Positions 9,457 to 20,447 are shown, counted from the first letter of the stretch. The stretch: 64,000 nt of DNA from an uncultured Brevinematales bacterium (GCA_964533855.1 CAZHNM010000002.1:16862-80861), one strand, 5' to 3'. A program made the numbers and translations. The notes: a model not told the origin generated them from the sequence alone.

Positions 9457-10232
9457 TGAGAGTTAAAAAATCAAAAAACGGAGAAAGGGCCTTATCTGAA
9501 TTTCAGATCAGGAATATACAGCTTCTTACGCATCTTCTGAATTATGATGCGGTTACCGACGATATTGTTGAAGTAATCAGGCTTTCCGAGCTCGATTATT
9601 TTTCTTTGATCGACAAATATAATCTTCTTGAAAAGAAAATAAATATAGATGAAAAGACAAATCTACTCAAATACAGGGACGATTACCTTGTAACGATTAT
9701 TAAAACCGCTTCCAGGATATTTTTCGGCATGAAAGGGATTATTTATCCCATATCCTTCGTCCGGTTCGATATCGATGATTTTTCACGCTTTAACAATAAA
9801 TACGGCCATGATGTCGGCGATAAAGTCCTTATTGAAATAACATCCATCATCAGGGAAAATTCAAGGCCGACAGATTATGCTATCCGCTTCGGAGGCGAAG
9901 AGTTCGACGTAATATTGCCTTCGACCGACATAAAGGGTGCTTCCCTGTATTGTAAAAAGATCCTGGAAAGAGTCAGGAAGATAATTATTGAAGCAAGCGG
10001 AGATAAAATAAAGGTCGGAATTAGCGGCGGCATATCGTTTGTCGAATACCATTTTTCAGAGAAAAAAATTCTTGAAACGGAAGGCATCGACAAAATCTTT
10101 CAGCAGCTTCAGATCGAGGCTGATAATGCCTTATACGACGCCAAGTACCGGGGCAAAAACCAGATCTGCATTTATTCACCGGAAAAGAAAGACGAATATT
10201 TAAAGATCAGAAAATACTATATGAAAAAATAA
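9453..10232 (+). CDS. GGDEF domain diguanylate cyclase
   Basis: 259 aa with an RFGGEEFDV active site. An RxxD I-site (RPTD) lies 5 residues upstream. The start overlaps the metH stop as ATGA. Confidence 0.85.
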   Translation: MMRVKKSKNGERALSEFQIRNIQLLTHLLNYDAVTDDIVEVIRLSELDYFSLIDKYNLLEKKINIDEKTNLLKYRDDYLVTIIKTASRIFFGMKGIIYPISFVRFDIDDFSRFNNKYGHDVGDKVLIEITSIIRENSRPTDYAIRFGGEEFDVILPSTDIKGASLYCKKILERVRKIIIEASGDKIKVGISGGISFVEYHFSEKKILETEGIDKIFQQLQIEADNALYDAKYRGKNQICIYSPEKKDEYLKIRKYYMKK

Positions 10233-10251
10233 CGGGGGCGGTGGCTGATAA

Positions 10252-11676
10252 ATGATTAAAGAAGAATGCGGGGTATTCGGGATATTCGGATTAAGTGAAT
10301 CATCAAGGTACGTTTATCTCGGTTTGACTGTACTTCAGCACAGGGGGCAGGAATCCTGCGGCATTGTAAGTTCTGACGGTTCATTTTTATATAAACAGGT
10401 AGGCCTCGGCCGGGTAAGCGACTTTTTTGACGAGACAAAACTTTCCTATCTCCAGGGATACAGTTCAATAGGGCATGTAAGGTATTCAACTACCGGATCT
10501 CCGACCCTTGTAAACGCCCAGCCGATCACTGCATCGGTGTCAAAGGGGGCTATTGCGATAGCTCACAACGGCAATATTACAAACGCCAACACCATCAGGA
10601 ATGAGCTGATGGAAAAGGGCATGAGTTTTCAATCATCCAGCGACAGCGAGGTAATAATACAGCTCATTGCAGGGGCTCCATGCGATAACCTTGTTGAATC
10701 TGTAAAATGGGCTCTTGAAAAACTCGAGGGATCATTCTCGATACTCGTTCTGTCGAAAGATATGCTCATAGCGGCAAGGGATCCTATGGGATTCAGGCCT
10801 CTTTCAATGGGGAAAATCGGTACGAATATTCCAGAAATGGGCGACACGATAGTATTTGCATCCGAGGACAGCGCATTCGCAATAGCTGAAGCCGTGAAAA
10901 TAAGGGATGTAAATCCCAATGAGATAGTAGTTATAACCGAAAGAGGGACTCAAAGCCTGAAAATCACTGAAAAAACTGTAAAACAGAATCACTGCGTATT
11001 CGAACTGATATATTTTTCAAAACCCTCTTCAAAAGTTTTCGATAAGAGCGTATATAATTACAGGTTTGATATAGGAAGAAAACTTGCCAGGGAACACCCG
11101 GTCCAGGCCGATTATATTATACCTGTGCCGGATTCCGGAATGGTATCAGCCTTAGGTTATTCCCATGAATCGAAGATCCCCCTTGCCTTAGGTTTGATAA
11201 GAAGCCATTACATAGGCAGGACATTTATCGAGCCATCTCAAAAAATCAGGGATTTCGGCGTCAAGATGAAATTCATCCCCGTAAGGGAAATTATCGAGGG
11301 AAAGAGGGTCGTCCTGATCGACGATTCCATAGTCCGGGGAACTACTTCGCGTAAAATAGTCAGTCTTGTGAGAAGCTGTTCGCCTAAAGAGGTTCATTTC
11401 CGCGTCGCTTCGCCGCCAGTGCGTTATCCCTGCTATTACGGCATCGATTTTTCAACCTACGAGGAACTGTTAGCCAATAAAACCGGTTCGACCGAAGAAA
11501 TCGCGAAGTTTATAGGCGCCGAATCTGTCGGCTATATAAGCTCCGAAGGTCTTTTTGACGATGATGCTTTGAGCATTAATTACTGCAAGGCCTGTTTCGA
11601 CGGCGATTTTCCTACACCTATAAGCGCAATTACAAAAGGCGGTTTTGAAAATGAGATCAGACAAAACGCATTTTAA
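10252..11676 (+). CDS. purF: amidophosphoribosyltransferase
   Basis: 474 aa. The N-terminus reads MIKEE then CGVFGI (Ntn catalytic Cys after a short propeptide). It has the PRPP loop VVLIDDSIVRGTT and C-terminal Cys residues. Confidence 0.95.
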   Translation: MIKEECGVFGIFGLSESSRYVYLGLTVLQHRGQESCGIVSSDGSFLYKQVGLGRVSDFFDETKLSYLQGYSSIGHVRYSTTGSPTLVNAQPITASVSKGAIAIAHNGNITNANTIRNELMEKGMSFQSSSDSEVIIQLIAGAPCDNLVESVKWALEKLEGSFSILVLSKDMLIAARDPMGFRPLSMGKIGTNIPEMGDTIVFASEDSAFAIAEAVKIRDVNPNEIVVITERGTQSLKITEKTVKQNHCVFELIYFSKPSSKVFDKSVYNYRFDIGRKLAREHPVQADYIIPVPDSGMVSALGYSHESKIPLALGLIRSHYIGRTFIEPSQKIRDFGVKMKFIPVREIIEGKRVVLIDDSIVRGTTSRKIVSLVRSCSPKEVHFRVASPPVRYPCYYGIDFSTYEELLANKTGSTEEIAKFIGAESVGYISSEGLFDDDALSINYCKACFDGDFPTPISAITKGGFENEIRQNAF

Positions 11677-12217
11677 TGATCTGAAAGAGCAGATGCTCGA
11701 CAGCAGGATCGTATTCGAGGGCAGGTCGTTCAATTTTAAGTCCGATCTTGTCAGGCTTCCTGACGGCCGTGAGGCGCGGAAAAATTACGTGGCATATCCC
11801 CAGGCTGTCGGAATAGTCCCTTTTATAAACGATAGCGATATCCTTCTTGAACGCCAGTTCAGGTATCCAGCCGGCCATGTATTATACGAAATACCCGCCG
11901 GCAAACTCGACGATCCTTCTGAGGATTTAAAGTCGGCTGCGGCAAGGGAACTCCTCGAGGAAACAGGCTACAGGGCAGGCAGGCTCGAGCTATTCTGCTC
12001 GTATTTCCCGGCTCCCGCCTACAGCACCGAAAAGCTTCATATTTTCACCGGATCGGATCTCCAGGCCGGTTCGACGGACTTTGATGAAGACGAATTCATA
12101 GAAACAGAAATAGTGCCCTTCGAACGCGCTTTTGAAATGATAGCTGAAGGGAAGATCGAGGATTCCAAGACAATAATAGCACTGCAGTATCTGAAAATAC
12201 ATGGGGTGAAGTTTTAA
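11645..12217 (+). CDS. NUDIX hydrolase (ADP-ribose pyrophosphatase-like)
   Basis: Nudix box GKLDDPSEDLKSAAARELLEETGY. The start is ambiguous: 11645 overlaps purF by 32 nt, and an in-frame ATG at 11693 lies after the purF stop. Confidence 0.8.
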   Translation: MKMRSDKTHFNDLKEQMLDSRIVFEGRSFNFKSDLVRLPDGREARKNYVAYPQAVGIVPFINDSDILLERQFRYPAGHVLYEIPAGKLDDPSEDLKSAAARELLEETGYRAGRLELFCSYFPAPAYSTEKLHIFTGSDLQAGSTDFDEDEFIETEIVPFERAFEMIAEGKIEDSKTIIALQYLKIHGVKF

Positions 12218-12337
12218 AATTTACCGCAGAGCCGCAAAGAACTCGAAGCAGAAATTGAACTTTTCGGTGATGTTAATCCCTCCGCGTTATTTGAAATAAC
12301 CCCTGTTTAATATTATAATCTATCCGGGAGATAAAAC

Positions 12338-13420
12338 ATGCAGAAAGCTGTGCTTCTTCTGAAAAACGGCGAGGTATTCCGGGGCAGAAACTTCGGATTC
12401 GCCGGTGAAACCATGGGAGAAGTTGTATTCAACACTTCCATGACAGGGTACCAGGAAATACTTACAGATCCTTCCTATAAAGGCCAGATAGTTACCATGA
12501 CTTACCCGCTGATAGGCAATTACGGAGTAAACCCCGATAATATGGAATCCGAAAAAATCCAGGCGGCGGGATTTATTGTCAGGGAGGCTTCGAAAATAGC
12601 CTCGAACTGGACCAGCAGGGGAACGATCGGCTATATTCTTGAAGAGAACGGGATCGTCGGGATAGAGGGGATCGATACCAGGAAATTGACCAGGATACTG
12701 CGAATTACCGGCGCTATGAACGGGATACTTTCTGCTGTCGATTTCGACACTGACAGCCTGAAAAAGAAGCTTTCCTCGCTTCCCGATATGTCCGGGCTAG
12801 ATCTTGTCCCTTCAGTCACGATTGATAAACCTGCAAGGTGGAAGGAATTCGTAACCGGCAGGCCCCATATTGTAGCTGTTCAGACAGGCGTCAAGCATAA
12901 CATAATGAGGATCTTCGATTCGTTGGGAGCAAATATTACTCTTATTCCCGCCATATATTCGGACTCCCAGATCCTGAATCTCAAGCCTGACGGCGTATTC
13001 CTGGCAAACGGACCGGGAGACCCGAGGGAAGTAAAATACGCTATAAACGCCATAAAAGGCATCCTGGGTAAAATACCGATTTTCGGGATTTGCCTGGGGC
13101 ATCAGCTTTTAGGCCTGGCATCAGGGGCAAAGATCTACAAACTCAAGTTCGGCCACAGGGGCGCCAACCAGCCTGTAATGAATATGCTGACGGGGAATGT
13201 GGAAATAACTTCGCAGAACCACGGGTTTTCCATCGTGGAAGATTCTATACCGCCTGATATCGAAATCACACATGTAAATCTTAATGACAGGACAGTCGAG
13301 GGACTCAGACATAAAAAATTCAATGCCTTTTCAGTGCAGTACCATCCTGAAGCCTCGCCCGGGCCTCATGATTCGCGGTATCTTTTCAACGATTTCATGA
13401 GGATTGTGAAAAGTTATTAG
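12338..13420 (+). CDS. carA: carbamoyl-phosphate synthase small (glutaminase) subunit
   Basis: 360 aa with the GATase-1 motif GICLGHQ and HPE near the C-terminus. No carB gene is adjacent. Confidence 0.92.
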   Translation: MQKAVLLLKNGEVFRGRNFGFAGETMGEVVFNTSMTGYQEILTDPSYKGQIVTMTYPLIGNYGVNPDNMESEKIQAAGFIVREASKIASNWTSRGTIGYILEENGIVGIEGIDTRKLTRILRITGAMNGILSAVDFDTDSLKKKLSSLPDMSGLDLVPSVTIDKPARWKEFVTGRPHIVAVQTGVKHNIMRIFDSLGANITLIPAIYSDSQILNLKPDGVFLANGPGDPREVKYAINAIKGILGKIPIFGICLGHQLLGLASGAKIYKLKFGHRGANQPVMNMLTGNVEITSQNHGFSIVEDSIPPDIEITHVNLNDRTVEGLRHKKFNAFSVQYHPEASPGPHDSRYLFNDFMRIVKSY

Positions 13421-13446
13421 GCCGACTGGCACACAGGAGCTGATAA

Positions 13447-14715
13447 ATGGGGCTTTTCCTGAATACTAATCTGCCGCTTTCCAAAAGGCTAATGCCCAAA
13501 ACACTCGAAAGTTTCATAGGGCAGGAACACCTTACAGGAGAAGGCAAGCCCATTCGCGCCATGATCGATAACAAAACCATCTATTCAATGATATTTTACG
13601 GCCCTCCTGCGACAGGCAAGACCAGCCTTGCCGAGATCATCGCAGGCGAGCTTAAATGTTCCTTTATAAGGACAAACGCCCTGCAGCTGGATAACGACGG
13701 CATCAGGAAGATACTTGCTTCCGCTGAAGAAAGATCACTGGCCGGTGTGAGAACTATCGTATTTATCGATGAAATTCACAGGCTGATCAAACCAAAACAG
13801 GATGCATTTCTTTCATCCCTTGAAAACGGCGAAATCGCAGTTATAGGCGCTACTACTGAAAATCCCTATTTTGTGATGCAGCCGGCGCTGAGGTCACGCC
13901 TTTTTATTTATGAATTTAAACCGCATACGAGGGAAGATCTGGAAAAAATCCTCGATAACGCTATTTCTGATGATACCGTACTATCAAAGTTTAAAATTGA
14001 ATTCGGCAGCGGCGCCAGGGATCTCCTTATCGGCCTTTCAGGAGACGCCAGGAGACTTTTAAATATACTCGAGATGGCTGTTTTTTCAAGCGGAAACTCC
14101 GGCAGGGTTGCAATTACCAGGGATAAGATCTTTGAAATAACTCAATCCGCTGAGACTAAATATTCGGATAAAGAGGGGCATTACGACGCGATCTCCGCAT
14201 TTATTAAATCAGTCAGGGGGAGCGATCCGGATGCCTCTCTTTATTATCTGGCCATTATGCTCGAAGGCGGGGAAGACCCGCTATTTATTGCCAGAAGGCT
14301 TATAATTCTCTCTTCCGAGGATATCGGCCTGGCTTACCCCGAGGGGCTTACTGCCGCAGTCAGCTGTTACGAGGGAATAGAGAGGATCGGAATGCCCGAA
14401 GGCAGGATACTGCTCGCTTTTACAACAGTTCTCCTTGCCGGAGTGCCGAAGAGCAACACTGCTTATATGGCTCTTAATAAGGCCCAGGAAGATATAAAAA
14501 AGGGAAACATCATGAATGTTCCGGATTATCTGAGGAGTTCGAGCTTTTCCGGTGCGGAGGATCTGGGCAGAGGCATAGGATATAAATACCCCCATGATTT
14601 TGAAAATCATTATATTGATCAGAAATATACAGAAAATCCGGTATCGTATTATGAGGCGGGTTCTCTCGGCTTCGAGAAAAAGATCATGGAATGGCTCCGC
14701 AGGATAAAACCGTAA
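13447..14715 (+). CDS. rarA: replication-associated recombination protein A (AAA+ ATPase)
   Basis: 422 aa with Walker A GPPATGKTS, Walker B VFIDEIHR and an MgsA-type C-terminal domain (DPDASLYYLARM-like). Confidence 0.9.
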   Translation: MGLFLNTNLPLSKRLMPKTLESFIGQEHLTGEGKPIRAMIDNKTIYSMIFYGPPATGKTSLAEIIAGELKCSFIRTNALQLDNDGIRKILASAEERSLAGVRTIVFIDEIHRLIKPKQDAFLSSLENGEIAVIGATTENPYFVMQPALRSRLFIYEFKPHTREDLEKILDNAISDDTVLSKFKIEFGSGARDLLIGLSGDARRLLNILEMAVFSSGNSGRVAITRDKIFEITQSAETKYSDKEGHYDAISAFIKSVRGSDPDASLYYLAIMLEGGEDPLFIARRLIILSSEDIGLAYPEGLTAAVSCYEGIERIGMPEGRILLAFTTVLLAGVPKSNTAYMALNKAQEDIKKGNIMNVPDYLRSSSFSGAEDLGRGIGYKYPHDFENHYIDQKYTENPVSYYEAGSLGFEKKIMEWLRRIKP

Positions 14716-15488
14716 TGAATAATCTGATATTTCTTGGCACCGGAACCTCGAGCGGTGTTCCCGTTCCCGGCTGCAAGTGCGAGGTATGCACCTCTGCCGA
14801 TCCTAAGGATAAAAGGTTCAGGTCAAGCGCATTCATAGAAAGCGGAGCCGGTACAAAAGTGCTTATAGATATTGGACCGGATTTCAGGTCCCAGGCTCTC
14901 CTCTATGATATTGATTGGATCGACGGAATACTTATTACTCATTCACACCAGGACCATATAGGCGGCCTGGATGAAGTGCGGCAGTACAACTTCATTATGA
15001 AAAGAAATGTGGATATTTTCGGCAACGACACTGCGTTTGGCGAGATAAGGAAACGTTTCGGCTATATCTTCGAAAAGACCCAGGAAGGGGGAGGAAAACC
15101 GAAAATAAATCTCAAAAAAATTGATATAAATCCCTTCAAAATCAAGGAACTCGCCATAATTCCCATTCCTGTTATCCATGGCAAAATTCCCATTTTAGGG
15201 TACAGGATAGGAAGCCTTGCCTATATTACCGATGCCAGTTTTATTTCAGAACAAAGCATTGAACTAATCCGGGGGGTTAAGCATCTTGTGATCAATGCGC
15301 TCAGGCGAGAGCCCCATCCGACGCACTATAGCCTGGATGACGCATTAAGGCTGTCGGAAACAGTTAAACCTGAAAGCACATACCTCATTCATCTTACGCA
15401 TAATTTTCTTCATGCCAGGGACAGCAAGACTCTGCCGGCCGGGACAATATTTGCCTATGACGGGCTCAGAATAGACTTCGATCAGTAA
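14715..15488 (+). CDS. MBL-fold metallo-hydrolase
   Basis: HSHQDHIGG (HxHxDH) motif. The ATG at 14715 overlaps the rarA stop by 1 nt. The ORF track's longer start at 14691 lies inside rarA. Confidence 0.8.
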   Translation: MNNLIFLGTGTSSGVPVPGCKCEVCTSADPKDKRFRSSAFIESGAGTKVLIDIGPDFRSQALLYDIDWIDGILITHSHQDHIGGLDEVRQYNFIMKRNVDIFGNDTAFGEIRKRFGYIFEKTQEGGGKPKINLKKIDINPFKIKELAIIPIPVIHGKIPILGYRIGSLAYITDASFISEQSIELIRGVKHLVINALRREPHPTHYSLDDALRLSETVKPESTYLIHLTHNFLHARDSKTLPAGTIFAYDGLRIDFDQ

Positions 15489-16789
15489 ACGTTTCTTTTA
15501 TCTATTACGCGTTTTGCCTTTCCGGTGCTTCTTTCGATAGTCCTGGGCTCTACGAGCTTAAGCTTGACCTTGATCCCGATTATTGCGTAAAGCCTGTCGA
15601 TGATCTGGGTTTCAATTTCCACGATCCTTTTCATTTCATCGAAAAACAGCCTGTCGGTGACTTCGACATGGACTTCAAGAATGTCTATGTTTTTCTGCCT
15701 GTCAACGATTATCTGGTAATGAGGCGCTATGCCATCGACTTCGAGCAGGGCTTCCTCGATCTGTGACGGAAAGACGTTTACGCCCCGGATGATAAGCATA
15801 TCATCAGTACGTCCCATTATCTTCATGATACGGGCAGTTGTCCTGCCGCAGCGGCACTGTCCGGTAGAAAATATCGAGAGATCCTTCGTACGGTAGCGGA
15901 GCAGGGGTAAAGCCTCTTTGTCGAGAGGAGTTATCACTAATTCCCCCTTTTCCCCTTCTATAAGGCACTCTCCCGATTTAGGGTCGATTATTTCCACGAG
16001 GAAAGAATCCTCGTTAATATGCATTCCATTTTTTTCAAGGCATTCGCCCGCCACGCCGGGGCCGATCAATTCTGAAAGTCCGTAATTATCAGTGGCTGTC
16101 AGGCACATTTTTTTTTCGATTTCCCTCCGTATGGATTCGCTCCATGGTTCGGCTCCGAAAAGGCCGTATTTGAGTTTCAGATCTCTTTTCGGATCGATTC
16201 CCATCTCTGCCATTACGTCGGCTATATGGAGGGCATATGAAGGGGTGCAGATAAGTACGGTAGTGCCGAAATCTTTCATGATCTGGACCTGCCGCTCGGT
16301 GTTCCCGCTTGAAGCGGGAATAACCGCGGCACCGATTTTTTCAAGGCCGTAATGATGCCCGAAGCCTCCCGTGAAAAGGCCGTAACCGAAAGAAATCTGG
16401 GCTATATCGTCATTTGTAACTCCGCCGGCGGAATGAATACGGGCCATCATTTCGCTCCAGAGTTCAAGGTCCTTTCGGGTGTATCCCACAACCGTTGCTT
16501 TGCCGGTAGTTCCGCTCGATGCATGTATCCTTACTACATTACGCATGGGAGTTGCGAAGAGATCAAAGGGGTAATTATCCCTGAGGTCGTCTTTCGTGGT
16601 AAAAGGCAGAAGCCTGATATCCTCGAGTTTTCTTATAGAATCCGGTGAGAGGCCCATAGAATCTAATTTATTTCTGTAAAAAGGGACATTATCGTAAGTA
16701 TACGAGACAAGCTTCCGAAGCTTGGCCAATTGCAGTTCCTTTAATTCCCTTCTCGGCATTGTTTCGATTTGATTATTCCAGATAGGCAT
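15482..16789 (-). CDS. phenylacetate-CoA ligase family (PaaK / F390 synthetase-like) adenylate-forming enzyme
   Basis: 435 aa with an SSGTTGK P-loop and length and sequence typical of the PaaK family. AAGGAG sits 6 nt upstream of the ATG. Confidence 0.8.
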   Translation of the reverse strand: MPIWNNQIETMPRRELKELQLAKLRKLVSYTYDNVPFYRNKLDSMGLSPDSIRKLEDIRLLPFTTKDDLRDNYPFDLFATPMRNVVRIHASSGTTGKATVVGYTRKDLELWSEMMARIHSAGGVTNDDIAQISFGYGLFTGGFGHHYGLEKIGAAVIPASSGNTERQVQIMKDFGTTVLICTPSYALHIADVMAEMGIDPKRDLKLKYGLFGAEPWSESIRREIEKKMCLTATDNYGLSELIGPGVAGECLEKNGMHINEDSFLVEIIDPKSGECLIEGEKGELVITPLDKEALPLLRYRTKDLSIFSTGQCRCGRTTARIMKIMGRTDDMLIIRGVNVFPSQIEEALLEVDGIAPHYQIIVDRQKNIDILEVHVEVTDRLFFDEMKRIVEIETQIIDRLYAIIGIKVKLKLVEPRTIERSTGKAKRVIDKRNVY

Positions 16790-16813
16790 GCCGCACTCCT
16801 TAAAAGTTCAATA

Positions 16814-16842
16814 ATCATACCATAAGGGAGCTTTTTTTTCAA
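16814..16842 (-). promoter_or_regulatory. candidate sigma-70 promoter for the PaaK-like gene
   Basis: The minus strand reads TTGAAA-N17-TATGAT, positioned about 25 nt upstream of the ATG. Confidence 0.4.
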
Positions 16843-16883
16843 ATTATGCTGTAAGGCTGGTGCGGTAGATAGTTTTCTCGGGA

Positions 16884-17189
16884 TCACCTGATTTTTGTCA
16901 GTGTGTCCCTTTCTTTTTTAAGCAGCTTGGCCAATTTTTCAATTGTAGCCGAATTTCCCTTGGAACTCATAAGGAAAAGCAGCTCCTTCATATAATAATC
17001 ATTCATATCTAAATCGGGGGTTTTGCTGCTTTCCTTTTTCGGTTTCTCAACCTGGGCAGCTTTTTCAAGCTTCTGCCTTTCTTCGCGAATTTCCTGCTCG
17101 AGCTCTTCTTTCTGGAGAAGATCGCGATCGGGTATTGCCGCTTTCGGCTCAACAATAGCCAGTCCCGGGCTTAATCCATTAACAATCAT
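16884..17189 (-). CDS. hypothetical small charged protein
   Basis: 101 aa with a strong AAGGAGGGA RBS before the ATG. The middle is Glu/Lys-rich and I recognise no motif. Confidence 0.5.
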   Translation of the reverse strand: MIVNGLSPGLAIVEPKAAIPDRDLLQKEELEQEIREERQKLEKAAQVEKPKKESSKTPDLDMNDYYMKELLFLMSSKGNSATIEKLAKLLKKERDTLTKIR

Positions 17190-17273
17190 AAATTCCCTCC
17201 TTGGAATTTATCAGGAAACCTTTACTGATTTCCCTAATTATATATATAATATCGTTATTAAGGCCCGGATACT

Positions 17274-17939
17274 TTATTTTTTTAACAGATTTTTATAATC
17301 TGAAATTGCCTTGATTCCTAATTTTCTTATCACAGGAGGGAGGGAAAGTTTATTCTGAAAAGAGTAAATAAGGAATTTTTCCAGAAAATCCGACAGGCTT
17401 TCACTGTTTTTATTTTTGATAAAGACATACAGGGCTTCCGATAATTCCTGTCCTTTCACATCAGGTATGGAAAGATCGGCCCTCCTCGCTTTTTCAAGAA
17501 CCTTATCGAAACGCTGAATTTCCGGCAGCCTTTTCGGAATGCCGTCAAACGGTGTTTTTCGATGGGCATTTTTCTTTTCAGCCGATTTGATTGTCTCCCA
17601 CTTTATTAGAATCTCTTTGATGTTTTTCACCTTCTTATCGCCGAATACATGGGGATGCCGTCTTACAAGTTTTTCAGATACTTCATCTATCACACCGGCT
17701 GTTGTAAAATCACCGTTTTCCTCGTACATCCTGCTGATGAACAGCACGAGGAACATGAGATCTCCGAGTTCCTCTTTTGCATCGGGAATTTTGTTATCCT
17801 CAATGGCCTCTATCGTTTCATAAACTTCTTCCACAAGATCCGAAGTGACGGTCCGCGGCGTCTGTTCCCTGTCCCATGGACAGCCTCCTTCCCCTCTCAG
17901 GGTCAAGACAATATCATAAAGCCTGTCGAATTCTTTCAT
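17274..17939 (-). CDS. mazG: MazG family nucleoside triphosphate pyrophosphohydrolase
   Basis: 221 aa with GGCPWDREQT and EELGDLMF motifs. An AAGGAG RBS is present. Confidence 0.85.
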   Translation of the reverse strand: MKEFDRLYDIVLTLRGEGGCPWDREQTPRTVTSDLVEEVYETIEAIEDNKIPDAKEELGDLMFLVLFISRMYEENGDFTTAGVIDEVSEKLVRRHPHVFGDKKVKNIKEILIKWETIKSAEKKNAHRKTPFDGIPKRLPEIQRFDKVLEKARRADLSIPDVKGQELSEALYVFIKNKNSESLSDFLEKFLIYSFQNKLSLPPVIRKLGIKAISDYKNLLKK

Positions 17940-18002
17940 ACTTTCTCCTTACTGGCGCTTAGCGAAGCCTTGCGAGCATAGCGGCAGTTGAGCTGCAATC
18001 AT

Positions 18003-18914
18003 TCAAGAAGCCGCACATTCTTTAGTGATATAATAACGGTTTTTACCATTTTCCTTGGATTTGTAAAGGGCCATATCCGCGCTTTTCATTAATTCTTCGG
18101 GGTTTTTTCCGTTTTCCGGATAAACAGCAACCCCTATGCTGAATTTAGGCTGTATGGAAACATTTTGAATAATAAGAGGGATTCTCGCAAATTTTAAAAG
18201 GCGTTCGGCAAGATTTTCGATCTGTTTTCTTCTTTCAATGTCGATCGCTAAAATTACGAATTCATCCCCGCCCATCCTCGAAACAGTGTCGTACTCCCTG
18301 ATGGCTGATTTTAGCCTGCTTGCTATTTCTATCAATACCTTATCGCCTGCAAGATGTCCGTATGTATCGTTGATTATTTTAAAATTATCCATATCTATTA
18401 TAAATACAGCGAGGATCTGGTGTTTCCTTTCAGCGACGGAAATTCCATTCTGGACCCTGTCATAAAGGAAGAGCCTGTTCGGCAGGCCGGTTAAAAAATC
18501 ATGCATCGCCATTTCTTCTGCTTTCTCTTTTGCCTGCTTGAGCTCCATCTCCGCTTTTTTCAAGTAGGTTATGTCGGAATAGTGGACTATTATCCCCTGG
18601 ATTTCTCCATCCCTGATATCGGGTATATAGGTTACGATAAACTGTTTAAATTTTCCATTCGGGAGTGAAATTTCACTTTCGAATGCCTCAGTCTTACCTT
18701 TGTATGCCTTTTCGAGATAAGGAAGGTTTTTTTTATAATTAGGACCTAATAATTCCTTGATCGTTAATTTGTCGATGCAGTCATCGGTTTTCAAGCCGAA
18801 ACAATTCAAATAGGCATTATTGGCGAATCTGCAGATCTGGTCTTTATCCCAGTAAGCAAGCATTGCCGATATCGAATCGGCAATTATATTGGTGTAATAA
18901 TCCTTATTTACCAT
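18003..18914 (-). CDS. PAS domain-containing diguanylate cyclase (GGDEF)
   Basis: SRMGGDEF active site with an RxxD I-site (REYD) 5 residues upstream, plus an N-terminal PAS-like region. I chose the start at MVNKDYY (18914) because GGGAAGGGG precedes it. The ORF track extends to 18980. Confidence 0.85.
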   Translation of the reverse strand: MVNKDYYTNIIADSISAMLAYWDKDQICRFANNAYLNCFGLKTDDCIDKLTIKELLGPNYKKNLPYLEKAYKGKTEAFESEISLPNGKFKQFIVTYIPDIRDGEIQGIIVHYSDITYLKKAEMELKQAKEKAEEMAMHDFLTGLPNRLFLYDRVQNGISVAERKHQILAVFIIDMDNFKIINDTYGHLAGDKVLIEIASRLKSAIREYDTVSRMGGDEFVILAIDIERRKQIENLAERLLKFARIPLIIQNVSIQPKFSIGVAVYPENGKNPEELMKSADMALYKSKENGKNRYYITKECAAS

Positions 18915-19070
18915 TGCCCCTTCCCTAAAAAATGATAATCTAAAAGCTGAAATAATACAAATTATTGCACAAGATGTCATAAAGTAATGATTGTAGACAC
19001 GGCTAGATTTTGCAAAAAATTTACTCTGATGATAGTATTTAGGTTATTTTTAACTGAAGGCGGGAAGAGA

Positions 19071-20447
19071 ATGGATAATCAAATAATCATCAAAAAAGAC
19101 AGCAAATTAAAATTATATGTTTTATTTTCTTTAATGATAATTTCAATTTCTTTATTTTTATTCATAATAATCAGATATACAGTCAATCTCCCTTTTAAGG
19201 ACGACTGGACTGCGACATTGGCCTTTTTAAACAAGTATACCGGAACAACAAGTATTCCGGCAAAATTTAATCTTATTATTGATTATGAATTCGGGCACAG
19301 GATCGCTTTAATAAGAATTGTGTCGCTGATAGTTTATAAAATACTGGGAATAGTCGATTTCAAGGTAATTAACTTCATTGGAACAGCTGCTATATTTTTA
19401 ATATTATCTTGTTTCTGGGCAAGTAATTTAAAAATTGAAAATTCAAAGGCGTTATACGGCAAGCTGTTGTGGTTTGCTCCAATAGTTTTGTTACTGCTTC
19501 AGCCGATGTACAGTGAAAGCCTGATTCAGGCGATGGTGTCAGTGTCGACATTTTATACGATTGGATTCGGAATATTGTCTCTTTTGATTCTTGATAAAAA
19601 ATCCGACGAAAACTGGCTATGGCTGTTGTTTTCTTTCGCAATAAGTTTATTAAGCTATTTTTCACACAGAGAAGGCCTGAGCTTTTTGATCTCCGGTATT
19701 ATTTTGTTATCTGTTAAAAGGCAATGGCTTAAAGTATCGATATGGGTTATATTGACCGCAACGGCCTTTATTTTTTATCAAAATTATATGACAAACACTA
19801 ATTATGAATATGCCTATAACAGCAATTTATATAACTATAATCTTAATTTTAAAACGTTATCGGCTTCTTTAAAATATTTTCTTATATTTGTCGGGAACAA
19901 TTTCGGAATAGTGCCGCAATCGGCTTATTTTAAAAATCTTCCGGCTGTATTAAAGGCCTTCTTCGATATATTACCCCTTTTATGCGGAATATTAATTTGC
20001 GGATATTTTATATTACTTATTATTAAAAGATATGATCAGAAAAATGCATTTATTTTTTCTCTTATGGCTGCAATATTTATAATTTCAATTGGTGCAGGAC
20101 TTTACAGATACACTATCGATTCCCCGATAGTTTCATACTACCGCTTTCCAACAATATTTTTAATTATAACTATTTATATTTCTCTGATTGAACTTGTAAA
20201 TAATCCTCAAAAAAGGAAATATATCCAGTTTGGGTTCCTGTTATTCGGGATAATATTTTCAATATTCGCCTATTCATTTAAAATTAATACAATAGCCGAA
20301 CACAAAAGAAGCATTGTTGACAGTTTTAAAACATATCAGACAACTGGTAAAGGTTTAATACACATCGGATGGGCATTTTCTGATCCCGAACCGATTTTAA
20401 AAGAATCTATCGCAAAAGGTATATGGAAAATACCCGACAAATATTAG
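19071..20447 (+). CDS. polytopic membrane protein, putative GT-C-type glycosyltransferase (paralog B)
   Basis: Homologous along its length to 1111..2493: NLPFKDDWT vs NIPYNDDYP, FNLIIDYEFGHR vs FNLITGFWNDHR, and KGIWKIPD vs RGIYLIPG at the C-terminus. I chose the start at MDNQ. The ORF track starts at 18987. Confidence 0.6.
   Translation: MDNQIIIKKDSKLKLYVLFSLMIISISLFLFIIIRYTVNLPFKDDWTATLAFLNKYTGTTSIPAKFNLIIDYEFGHRIALIRIVSLIVYKILGIVDFKVINFIGTAAIFLILSCFWASNLKIENSKALYGKLLWFAPIVLLLLQPMYSESLIQAMVSVSTFYTIGFGILSLLILDKKSDENWLWLLFSFAISLLSYFSHREGLSFLISGIILLSVKRQWLKVSIWVILTATAFIFYQNYMTNTNYEYAYNSNLYNYNLNFKTLSASLKYFLIFVGNNFGIVPQSAYFKNLPAVLKAFFDILPLLCGILICGYFILLIIKRYDQKNAFIFSLMAAIFIISIGAGLYRYTIDSPIVSYYRFPTIFLIITIYISLIELVNNPQKRKYIQFGFLLFGIIFSIFAYSFKINTIAEHKRSIVDSFKTYQTTGKGLIHIGWAFSDPEPILKESIAKGIWKIPDKY

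Noticed and set aside
18987-19070. N-terminal 28-codon extension of membrane paralog B in the ORF track, and similar 5' extensions at 18915..18980, 22478..22603, 44183..44242, 48713..48769 and 58402..58428.
   Set aside because: Internal ATGs with better Shine-Dalgarno sequences give N-termini that match the family (signal peptide, HTH, etc.) and avoid overlap with neighbouring genes.
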